Source: Minutocellus sp. GHC0000111
Taxonomy: Eukaryota
DNA: 64,000 bases
Assembly: GCA_977018835.1 (NCBI GenBank)
Contig: OZ361256.1
Location: 4,650,001 to 4,714,000 of the forward strand
Direction: 5' to 3'
In this document: piece after piece, positions 46,948 to 56,437 of the stretch
Layout of the letters: each line of letters begins with the position of its first letter
How positions within the stretch are numbered: position 1 is the first letter of the stretch
Program-made: the position numbers and the translations under genes
The notes under the pieces: generated by a model
The model's input: only the letters and a program-made list of their open reading frames with translations
What the model was told of the DNA's origin: nothing
The model's database searches: none

Positions 46948-47578
46948 CAGTCCGTCCCCAGCGATAAGAATATTCAGTATTCTTATCTCAGGGCTTAGAT
47001 TCCGGATAAAGTAAGCATACTGAGGGCTTAGATTTGGGTGATATTCTTATTTTGGGTGCATGGCAAAGGGAAATTTGTGAGGTGGAATCGTCAAAATTTT
47101 CCTTTTCTAACTGTTTTAAGAAACCTGTCATCATGACAGATGTCTTTATGATGAAATAGAGAAAGAAAGCCGCAGCGCGCGCGAAAACTAAATCCGCGCC
47201 GTCGAAATTTGATGCATTCGCCGCCGCATGACTTTTCGCCGAGACATCGACACGATGACTTGCCCCCCTCCTCCTCGCCGCCACTCCTGTTGCCAGTGCT
47301 GGCACTACAGGTAGCAGTGCAGCTGGCCTTAGGCCGTGCATAACATGTGCAGCTTGGCTCAATGCCGTGCAGACAGACTCTGTGTAGAAAAATTGCCTGT
47401 GTGGACCCCCGGCAATTTGCCGTCGTCGTCGTGCCTCCAGAGGGGGGTCTCGGGACCCCAAAGCAGAAGAAAAATGAGAACAACATTCTTATCTCAGGGC
47501 TCAGATTTCAGTAGAAATAAGCATATTGAGGGCTTAGCAATTTCCCCAATATTCTTGTTGATTGCTGGGGACGGACTG
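46948..47578. mobile_element. 631-bp MITE with 15-bp perfect TIRs CAGTCCGTCCCCAGC (Tc1/mariner/pogo-like CAGT ends)
   Basis: cagtccgtccccagc at 46948-46962 and gctggggacggactg at 47564-47578; internal hairpin GATAAGAATA-5nt-TATTCTTATC (46963-46987); diverged ~55-bp direct repeat attcttatctcagggct...taagcata.tgagggcttag near both ends. Confidence 0.8.
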
Positions 47579-48020
47579 CATGGTGACGACGGTCTCTTTT
47601 GGCGCATCAACATCGATCGGTCTCTTTGGTGTCCTTGCCTTGCAATCTCTCTGAGAAATGATGTTCCTGATCGGCTCGTTCACTCCACAAGCCACACTCA
47701 TGGTAGACTTCAACGGTGGTGTAGCATCCGCCCTCACCGCTTGAGACTTCTTAGCCAAAATAGCTGTGCTTCGCCATGAGGGCCAGCGAGCACAAAAAGC
47801 TACCCGGAGTTTGGGCCTTGCGTTTCGCCACTGGCACTCAGTCGCGCGCTTTTTACGCGCAAGTTGCTCCCAAGTTGACGTTGACGTTTCGCTCCTCTCA
47901 AACTTTTTTCTGCCACCTTTTTTACTTGCATCTGTTAAAAGGGAACAATGCCACGTGAATATCCAACCGCCATCCGTGGTCCTGGATCGGCGGTTCCCCC
48001 GTGCATTATTTTCTGCCATC

Positions 48021-48624
48021 ATGGTCCGATGCAAAGCTGCTGCTGCTACCTCCTCGTGGCTTCTCGCCGCTGTGAGTCTGGCGCTCGCCCCAACTTCTAG
48101 TAGCCATCATGGCGCCTGGGCTATCGATGTCGATGCCAGCAACGGCGAGGATCTCGTCGGCAGTGATAACACCGGCGATGGTGTCGTTTCCATCGAGCAG
48201 AATAATGCCGTTGATAATGCTGGTGGCTCTGTGTGGTCGTTTCCGGAAGCTATCGTCAAGGCAACAGGTCAAGAGCAGATTACTGACTGGAAGGCACATC
48301 TCTTCAAGGACCCCTTTGGTGAGCAAGCAAGCGCCTCTGTCCCAGATAAGCCGACCGTATCGATTTATCCTGACAAGCCGTTATCCAGACCAAAACTCAA
48401 CCGGGGTGGAGGTGCTAAATGGCCAACTTCCACCACCTGTCCATATGGTGGATCTATGGATGTCGACTACTACGGCATGGAGAAATGCCTCAGTGTTGGA
48501 CAGGCAATCTGCAAAAATGGGTGGCGATTTGGAATCCGACACTATAATGATGACACGTACTGATGCTTTGGCGTGAGGACGACCCGGCCTACCCGGTTCA
48601 CAGATGGTTCGTAGTAGGCGCTAC
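48021..48624 (+). pseudogene. Secreted family copy 4, frameshifted (~48560) and truncated mid-head-domain
   Basis: Closely matches copy 3 from the ATG; acgtactgatg vs acgtatctgatg shows a 1-nt loss; homology ends at taggcgctac (48615-48624). Confidence 0.9.
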
Positions 48625-50943
48625 GGCTGCAACGGGCAGCGCCGGTATCAACCATGGCTGGGTCGCCGCCAGAGATAATCCCATGAGTGTGGTACTCTTG
48701 GCGTTGCCGATTGCGGTTGTGTGCCAAAATACGTCAGACTGCAAACTCGACCATCGACCTGTCTTGCACCAAACGGCTATGCACTCTGAGTTTGAATTGA
48801 AGACATGATAGGCAGGCAGCACATCGTCCTCGTTCTCGAGTAAAAAGAGCACACGGGCCAGCACAATCTTGGCCGGGTCAGATTTGGACGCTGTCGAGGG
48901 ATCTGACTGCTTGTTGTTCTTGTCGCCGTCGCCACTTTCTTCAGACGTATCCTTGGCATCGCCTGTCTTCTTGAAGGGCCAAATATTTGCCAGCGATGAC
49001 GACTTGCGCACCTTCTTGTCTGCCTCGTCTTCTTTACCAGATGACTTGGCCTCCGTTGCGTCTTCGGGTGCCTTTCGCCTCGGTGATTGCCGTGCTTTAA
49101 GATCGACGGCATTTGCGGCGGCAACCATTTCCTCTAGAGTTTTGGGCTCGGTCTCGTCAGGATTCGTCTCGTTCGTGGGGGTAGCCGATGTTGACGAATG
49201 CTCACTGATTTCTTCAGGAGAAGTTTGTTCACTTCCTTGTGTAGCCTTGTTGTTCGATTCAAATGATGAGGGGGCTGCTTGATCTTCTTGTTCAGATGTT
49301 TCCTTGGCATCCAAATCACCAAAATCCGTCGACGGGGTTGCTTGGACGCTGGTGGATTCACTGGCAGTGGCATCATTGCCGGTTTGAGCTTCGGCCTCAG
49401 TAGTCGTCGGAGAGGTACATCGGCTCGATGGGTTGGACCGCAGCCATGAAGTGAAGCGGTTACCACCGGCCTCCTTCTTGGTAGCGGTGTTTTTATCGCT
49501 GTTCTCGTCATCCACGGCAACTTCTTTTCCTTTGCCCTCGTCGCTTTTGTTATCAATATTTTCGTCATCGCCACCACCAAACAATCCCTTCCCACCGTAG
49601 TTGACCTTGCGCCACTTTTTGATATCCTTGGGATCCGTCAGGGTGATGACGTTCAGCCTCTTGCCCTTTTTGAGATGCTGCGCCAGAAAGGATTCCTCGG
49701 ACTTTTTCAACGATTTCGGTCTGGGGGGCTTCTCGGTCGATTTGTTGTCAGTTGGTTCCTCCCCGTTGGCGCATGTGGTAGATGCAGAAGTGGCACCTCC
49801 GTCGGTATCGTCCGAATCTTTGGTTTGTGTTTCGTCGGTATTTACATCGGCGGCATTGGCATCGGCATCTGCTCCTGCCTGAACATCTGTGTCGGCTTCA
49901 TTTTGACCCCCCAAATCATTGGAGCTGGAATGCAAACTCGCCGGCGCCGTGGCGATGCCGTCGGCATGCTCTTGATGACGATGTCGCTTGGTTTGCTCCT
50001 GAGTAGGCCCACCATTGCTATCTGCATCGGCATCATCTCCTCTCTCATTCCCACCGCCATCGTCGTTGTCGTCATCACCCTTGCGGGTGAAGCCAAAGTC
50101 CGCGATTTTCACCCACACAATCTTTTTGCACTTTGGTGCCGGCAGCGGAAGCGAGGCTGCCTCCTCCCCCTCCTCCTTGCCATCCCCACTGGTATCCGCA
50201 TTGGCATTGTCCCCCTTGGCATCATTTGTATTCTTTTCATCGCCCTTTTCCTCGCCCTTCTCCTCCTCCTCCTCTTCGGAAGCGTCAGGGGAGGTATCGA
50301 GGACGATGCCATGGATCTGAATGGGGTACGTAAAGCCAAAGTGCGACCAGCGGTAGACGTGATCCCCGGGCCTGAGACCGTGCTCGTAGGTGGTGTCACC
50401 TTCGTCACCATCCTCCTTGCTGCTGCTTTGGCCAATATCAGCCGGTGAAGATGCATTTTGCTGCTTCTTTGGTGGGTCTTTGGCAGTTGTAATATCGTCA
50501 CCATGGTCAATATCAGCCGCGCCCTCTTGGTCGTTCTTGGACGATCGTCTCGACCCGCTGCCACCTCCACCAAATAAGAATGAGCCGAACCCACCCCCGC
50601 CCCTTTGCTTCTTGGCGGCTTCCTGCTTCTCCAGCATCTTGCGCATGGCCGGATTCACGTACGCGCCGGTCGGGCTCTTGCTGATCGGTGACGGGGCCGC
50701 TGCAGGTGCTGCCGCGTCGTCGGAAGACTGCGGGGCGGGGATGGTCACCGAGAGACCAGCAGTCTCAGCCTCGGAGGACGATGTTGCGGTCGGAGGTGCA
50801 GCGGCAGCATTAGCGTCGGCGGTGCCGGCGGTAGTCGGCACGTCATCTGCTACCGGTGCATCTTGTGCCGACTTTTCATCGGAGCCTTTTGCAGCTGATG
50901 CAGCCGCCGAGATATCGGCTGGTGCCTCCTTGGCGTCCGTCAT
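48598..50943 (-). CDS. LRAT/NC-domain-like (permuted NlpC/P60) protein with long acidic insertions; C-terminus truncated at the 48624 junction
   Basis: LRPGDHVYRW....YPIQIHGIVL, IADFG and YHVFNSNSECIAVWCKTGRW (NCEHF-equivalent), separated by disordered D/E/S/T tracts. Its last codons are read from the antisense of family copy 4. Confidence 0.7.
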   Translation of the reverse strand: MTDAKEAPADISAAASAAKGSDEKSAQDAPVADDVPTTAGTADANAAAAPPTATSSSEAETAGLSVTIPAPQSSDDAAAPAAAPSPISKSPTGAYVNPAMRKMLEKQEAAKKQRGGGGFGSFLFGGGGSGSRRSSKNDQEGAADIDHGDDITTAKDPPKKQQNASSPADIGQSSSKEDGDEGDTTYEHGLRPGDHVYRWSHFGFTYPIQIHGIVLDTSPDASEEEEEEKGEEKGDEKNTNDAKGDNANADTSGDGKEEGEEAASLPLPAPKCKKIVWVKIADFGFTRKGDDDNDDGGGNERGDDADADSNGGPTQEQTKRHRHQEHADGIATAPASLHSSSNDLGGQNEADTDVQAGADADANAADVNTDETQTKDSDDTDGGATSASTTCANGEEPTDNKSTEKPPRPKSLKKSEESFLAQHLKKGKRLNVITLTDPKDIKKWRKVNYGGKGLFGGGDDENIDNKSDEGKGKEVAVDDENSDKNTATKKEAGGNRFTSWLRSNPSSRCTSPTTTEAEAQTGNDATASESTSVQATPSTDFGDLDAKETSEQEDQAAPSSFESNNKATQGSEQTSPEEISEHSSTSATPTNETNPDETEPKTLEEMVAAANAVDLKARQSPRRKAPEDATEAKSSGKEDEADKKVRKSSSLANIWPFKKTGDAKDTSEESGDGDKNNKQSDPSTASKSDPAKIVLARVLFLLENEDDVLPAYHVFNSNSECIAVWCKTGRWSSLQSDVFWHTTAIGNAKSTTLMGLSLAATQPWLIPALPVAAVAPTTNHL

Positions 50944-51720
50944 GGCTACAGGCTGGATCGATCACCGCCGGTACTGCCTGATACTACTGGCAAGTAGTGG
51001 GAGCAACGGCGAACAATGCGGTCATCCGCTCATCTTTGTGCCGTTTGCTGGCCGAAAATAATGACGTCATAGCATTCGAAGTTGTCTCATTTGGAAAGAA
51101 TTGAGCCCAACGCATTGGCTTTGCCGGCATTTGCCGTCATTTGGCTTGGCCCTTGTATCGGCCGCCGCCGGAAGAGCAGGCAGCAGCGTGGAGAGCGAGA
51201 CGAGAGACAGATACCAGTCAGACCACGCACGCACGGCACGTGCCCATGTGCTAGCTAGGATAGCGTGGGAGCCATCCATTTTCTTCTTTTGATTGTCGAG
51301 AGGCGGCGATTTTTTCGGCCGGTCGGCGCACGTCCTGCAGTCCTTCTCGAGGAAGCGCGCAACTACGTAACTCGTGCCGGGTTTTGTTGTTGTCCCTTTC
51401 CTTGTCGCTAGGTTGCCACGCAGCACCAACGGGCATTCCAGATACGGCCTGGAATTTTTGTTTGGCTCGCTTGTATCTGCGCCAAAAGCCATTTTTGCGG
51501 TGTGAATTTATTGATCTGGTCGAGTGCCTCGTGCCAAGGGGAACCAAGACCTGCAAGCCAGCGAGGCAAAGCTAAAGTCGAAGTGAAAGCTAGGCAACTG
51601 GACCGGGCCGATTGATTGCTGTCATCGAGGGATTTGAACAAGGCGGGCGAGCGGACAGCAGTCGAGACTGGTTGTCCATTTGATTCGATTCAAGTCAATT
51701 CAAAAACCATACACGAAGGC

Positions 51721-54700
51721 ATGGCCGATCACGCGGAAGACGAGGGTCATGCCGCCGCTGCCGATGATTACGGGCACGAGCATGCCGCTGCTCCCTCATC
51801 GTCTTCCCAGCACGATGAACCCTCTCACCCCTCCCCAACCAGCCGGCCACGTCACTCGCCCCTGGCCGTCCCCTACCCCATGCGCCGCCACGGCCGCCCC
51901 TCCTCCTCCTTCGGCGCCCCGTCCAGCTCCGGCTCCACCGCCCGGCCGGCCTCGTTCGGCGGCCGCCCATCTCCCCGGATGGGCCTCAGCGCGCGGAACG
52001 CCCTCCACCGCGACGAGGAGCCCCTGCAGTACGCCCGCAACGTCAGCGGTGGCAGCAACATTGGTGGTGGTATTGGAGGTGGGCCGCAGCACCATGATCA
52101 TCCGATGTCGAACGGCAGCCACGACGACGAGCTGGCGGCGCACCATCATCACGGCATCGGCATGACTAATAACAATGGAGGAGAGGGGTATCCTCCTCAC
52201 GGAAACGGCAATACTGGATTCGACGCGACCAAAAGTCCCGGGCGATTCACCCAGGCCTATCGGCGGCACGGCCACGGCCATGGCCATCACCCCGACAATG
52301 GGCAGATGATGCAGCAGGGGGAATCCGATCATCATGGCTATCAATACGCACCCCCATCCACCGGCGATGCTGCCATGCACCATCCGCAGCACCAGCACCA
52401 TCACGACATGCATCCGCACTACCACCCCCATGCCCATCCTCATGTTCATGCACACCCGCACCACAATGGAGGACGGAGACGGCATCTCATCCTGACCAAG
52501 GTGTTCCAGTGCACCGTCCTCCTCATCATTGGCGTGTATACCATAATCGTAAGGAGGGGGACCACCGTACTCGACGGTCGGGGTGGGATGAAGAGGGATT
52601 GGTGGAGCGACGGGTTTGGAAGTGGGGGTAGCGGTGGCGGTGCCAATGAACCGCCGGGACAGAGAGGAGTTGGGGGTGGGGGCGGCATGAAGGGCATATT
52701 TGGACCCGGCGGGAACAGCCTCGGTGGTGGTGATGGTGGTGATGCTATCCACACAAATACGAATCCACATGCCAATAATGACGAGGACACCGATGCATTG
52801 TTGTACGACGGGAGGCCCATCACGACCGTGTCGGCCGAGCGGGCGGTGCGGTGGAAGGCCGACGAGATTGGCAGGGCAAGGGGCAACATGGACAGCCGGG
52901 CGGACGCGAGGCGGAGGCGGACGGTGCCTCGATCAGTTGCAAATAGGAATGGCAATGGAAACAATGGCGATGGTGTTGGCAACGACGACGCAAAGGTTCG
53001 GCAAATTGAAGATGCCCTGCGCACATCATCGCGGCATTCGTTTGCACTGTTGGACGAAAATCGATCGGGGATGCCGCCGCCGATGGCGCGGCCGCTGCAC
53101 GCAGAACCAGAAATACCGCCCGTGGACCGGGATGCGACCAATGCCGATGGCAGTCCACTGACCGAGGAGCAGATCCAAGAGAAGGAGGAGGCGCGGAAGA
53201 AGCAGCTGGATGCCCAGATCGATGCCCTGGAGCGATTGGAGGCGGCATCTGCAGAGGAATTGTGCGGATCCGAGGCCAGGGATGCCTCCAAGGCCCACCC
53301 CGTCTCGTATCTGCGACGAGATGTACTGAACGATCAGTCGCGCGTTTTGATAACGGGCATCCTCAACCCCATTGGATTTCACTTGGCTCTGGCGCTGAAG
53401 AAAAAATGCGGCGTCCAGACCATCATGGGCATCGACAACATGTTCCCCAACTCCATCCTGAATCGGCTGGAGATGGTCCGGCGGATGAGCATCCTTAGCA
53501 AGGAAATACCCGGTTTCAGCCAGCCCATCATGCTCCCGTACGTCGGCCTTGATCCCAGATTGAATCTGAAGAAGATTGCCGCCAGCGGGGGCGGTCCGCA
53601 TGGCATTGACATCATGCTCCCGTCGACGGGAGAGATCAATTTTCTGACGTTTCGTCCCACCCACGTCGTGCATTTGGCCAGTGCCTATGATAATTCCTAC
53701 CGGGACGATGCCGGCGTGAGGGAGGGCAAACACCACATCGAGCACGTCTACGGTACCGAGAATCGCACCCCACCAATGTACCAGGTGCGAACGGCCGGGG
53801 CGGGGATGGAACACATATTGACCAGCATTGCGACGGCGCCCGATGACACGGCGAGTGGTCGGAACTTCCGACCGCACCTTGTCTACGCGAGCAGCCGAAG
53901 CATCGTCGATGTTGATGTGATGAAGAGAAGTAGCGAGAAGAGCGTCGGCGATCATGGTGAGGGCGACGAAGAGTCAACCTCGCCTTCGGAACGCTTTCAT
54001 CCTGCCATCAAAGTGGTCGACGAAGTCTTGGCATCGACCTATTCGTCACTTTATGGGGTTTATTCTGTCGGTCTTCGTCTTGGCGACGTCTACGGCCCTT
54101 GGGGTGTCCAGGGATCTCCCGACTTTGACCTCGCTGAAGTTGCGGTAGCAGATTGGGAGCGCCATTCTCGACAATTGGCGGAATCAAGAAATGGCGAGAA
54201 CGATAAGGATGATGCACCCGAAAATTTCTCCTTACTCCGTGCGGCATCCCTAGATTCCCATGAAGTCGCAACCCAAAAGGACTTGCTCTTTGTGGACGAC
54301 ACAGTGGATGCAATAATAGCTGCGATGCAATTCCGAAAAGAGGATGAGGCCGCCGCTGTATTTGATTTACTGTCTGACACCGACAACGCCGACAACAAAG
54401 TCACCTTGGAATCTGTGGCTTCGGCGATGGAGTCACTCATGCCTGGAAATGACGAAGCGGATGAAAAGAAGTTGCTTCCTTCTAAAATATCAGCAAAGAA
54501 GGAGGGAGATGACGGCTCCATGTCGCCCAAGAAGCATCTCGGTTGGTCGCCTGTCACGTCTGTCCGCGATGGAATTGCCCGGCTTTTGGCGTGGCATCTC
54601 GACGAGCGGTCGCCTTACGGCCCCGATCCTAACGCAGCTAATGCCAAGGGTAAGGGTAGCAGCCCTGCCAACAAGGAGCTAGATATGGGCGATGACGACG

Positions 54701-56274
54701 AGGCTGCCGTGGGACAAAAGGATGGCAAATCGAGATATTTGGAGACCGGCAACGAGTTCCTTCAACGGACAGGATTCCCGACATGTCCTGCTGACGATGA
54801 TCAATGTCACAGAGGAAATCACATCTTTCCCTGCGCGTCAGAGTGCGTTCCAACCTCCGGTACCTGCAAGGCGTCAATCTATGATGGGGTCGTTGACCTG
54901 ACGAAAGATGTCACCGCTGGATGCGACATTGTCCTCTACACCACATCCCTCGGTTATGATGTTGAGCAGCTCCAGCTCAAGGCTACGCACAGGGACGATG
55001 ATGAGGAGGATGGATACGAGCTCAGCACATGCAACGTTGCATTTGTACCGAGTGGCAGTCAGTTGGTGGATTTGGCCACCACCAAAGTTCCGCAGAATGC
55101 CCTCGAAGATATCCAAAGCGACGAGGACAAGGCAGCGGGCAAGCCGGTCCCCGAGATTAGCGACTTGACCAAGGAGGAGAAACTCGTGATGCTGAATGGT
55201 CGGATTCTGCATCGGGGCTGGGTCCTTGTTTGGGTCCCAGACACTATGGATGGTGAGAACGCAGATGAAATGTGGTTGCCAAAGCTAACCCCCGGTCGGC
55301 TGATGCACGAGGACGTCCAATATGCCATGTTTGTCGATGAGTTTTTCACCGTGACGCCAAACATCGATGACGTCCAATTCCTCGTTTCCGAGATGCATCG
55401 GCCTGCACTTAGGGAACGGCCATTCCACAAGGTCGACGAGAATGGGAAGAAGATCAAATTTATCCTTCCCGCAGAACCCGAGCGCCGCGCCGCAATCATG
55501 ATGAACAACATCAAGCAGAAGAAATCCAAGGACGAAGAAACTGGCGACGCCGAGAAGATTTCCGTCTACGATGCCGCCAAGTTCATGGTCTACGAGAATG
55601 GCGGCGATCCTAGCCAAAGCGATCCCAAGCCCCTCAAGCGACAACGAGAATTCTACGAGCGAGTAACATCCTTCGTCAATCGCGACGACCTCCGCTCCGT
55701 CGCAGAGCCGGTGCATAAATATGAAATGAAGCACTGGATCCGATCGCGGTGGGTGATTCATGACCTCAAGACCGAAGAAGGCCGACAGATACGGTGCGAC
55801 TGGTTCCGTGAGCATGCGCATTGGGGCAACCCGCTCGACCAGCTCAGTTTCGCCCATGTAATGGCTGTCCGAGAAGTCGAACGTAAGTTTACTCGCAACG
55901 AGCCCGACGATCGGATGCGTGCACAGTTGCCGCAAGAACCTGAAGAGATTGCCGACATCGGCGACAAGAAGGAGTGGCACCGTCTCATTGGTCCAGCAGA
56001 GTCGTACGAAAAGAAGCTCGAAGATGTTGGTAGAATAGGCCGGGGGGAGGACGACGTTGACGAGGAAGCAAACGCAGCATTGGCAAGCGTCGCTGCTGCA
56101 GCGGACGAGGATCGGCCTGGCCAACTCTACGCCAGAATATTGAGCGACAAAATCATGCTAATTTGTCGCAAGATATGGACCGAGAATCGTAAGAAGGTTC
56201 TAAGGGCATTGCAAAGGAAGAAGGAACGCGAAGAGGCACAAGCTGCGATCGCACAGCCTCCGCAAGATCAGTAG
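51721..56274 (+). CDS. Type II membrane protein: His/Gly-rich N-terminus, TM, degenerate NAD-dependent sugar-nucleotide epimerase (GAE-like) domain, C-terminal DUF616 (TOD1/MUCI70-like) glycosyltransferase-like domain
   Basis: RVLITGILNPIGFHLA, GIDN, THVVHLA, LVYASS, YGVYSVGLRLGDVYGPWG, DLLFVDD.VDAI, LGWSP.TS.RDGI; then CDIVLYT, LPKLTP.RL, YAMFVD, CDWFREH..W...DQLSFAHV. Confidence 0.8.
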   Translation: MADHAEDEGHAAAADDYGHEHAAAPSSSSQHDEPSHPSPTSRPRHSPLAVPYPMRRHGRPSSSFGAPSSSGSTARPASFGGRPSPRMGLSARNALHRDEEPLQYARNVSGGSNIGGGIGGGPQHHDHPMSNGSHDDELAAHHHHGIGMTNNNGGEGYPPHGNGNTGFDATKSPGRFTQAYRRHGHGHGHHPDNGQMMQQGESDHHGYQYAPPSTGDAAMHHPQHQHHHDMHPHYHPHAHPHVHAHPHHNGGRRRHLILTKVFQCTVLLIIGVYTIIVRRGTTVLDGRGGMKRDWWSDGFGSGGSGGGANEPPGQRGVGGGGGMKGIFGPGGNSLGGGDGGDAIHTNTNPHANNDEDTDALLYDGRPITTVSAERAVRWKADEIGRARGNMDSRADARRRRTVPRSVANRNGNGNNGDGVGNDDAKVRQIEDALRTSSRHSFALLDENRSGMPPPMARPLHAEPEIPPVDRDATNADGSPLTEEQIQEKEEARKKQLDAQIDALERLEAASAEELCGSEARDASKAHPVSYLRRDVLNDQSRVLITGILNPIGFHLALALKKKCGVQTIMGIDNMFPNSILNRLEMVRRMSILSKEIPGFSQPIMLPYVGLDPRLNLKKIAASGGGPHGIDIMLPSTGEINFLTFRPTHVVHLASAYDNSYRDDAGVREGKHHIEHVYGTENRTPPMYQVRTAGAGMEHILTSIATAPDDTASGRNFRPHLVYASSRSIVDVDVMKRSSEKSVGDHGEGDEESTSPSERFHPAIKVVDEVLASTYSSLYGVYSVGLRLGDVYGPWGVQGSPDFDLAEVAVADWERHSRQLAESRNGENDKDDAPENFSLLRAASLDSHEVATQKDLLFVDDTVDAIIAAMQFRKEDEAAAVFDLLSDTDNADNKVTLESVASAMESLMPGNDEADEKKLLPSKISAKKEGDDGSMSPKKHLGWSPVTSVRDGIARLLAWHLDERSPYGPDPNAANAKGKGSSPANKELDMGDDDEAAVGQKDGKSRYLETGNEFLQRTGFPTCPADDDQCHRGNHIFPCASECVPTSGTCKASIYDGVVDLTKDVTAGCDIVLYTTSLGYDVEQLQLKATHRDDDEEDGYELSTCNVAFVPSGSQLVDLATTKVPQNALEDIQSDEDKAAGKPVPEISDLTKEEKLVMLNGRILHRGWVLVWVPDTMDGENADEMWLPKLTPGRLMHEDVQYAMFVDEFFTVTPNIDDVQFLVSEMHRPALRERPFHKVDENGKKIKFILPAEPERRAAIMMNNIKQKKSKDEETGDAEKISVYDAAKFMVYENGGDPSQSDPKPLKRQREFYERVTSFVNRDDLRSVAEPVHKYEMKHWIRSRWVIHDLKTEEGRQIRCDWFREHAHWGNPLDQLSFAHVMAVREVERKFTRNEPDDRMRAQLPQEPEEIADIGDKKEWHRLIGPAESYEKKLEDVGRIGRGEDDVDEEANAALASVAAAADEDRPGQLYARILSDKIMLICRKIWTENRKKVLRALQRKKEREEAQAAIAQPPQDQ

Positions 56275-56437
56275 GATGCAACAAGTCTACTTTTCTCTAT
56301 CGGTGCATAACCAATAGAACACAATTTTGCTACATCTAATGTTCATCTCTAAATTTTACTTGATACTAGTAATAATAATATGCAAAATGCGGCTTTGTGC
56401 GGCATTGTCATACAGCAAAATTGATGTCTCGAATCAT

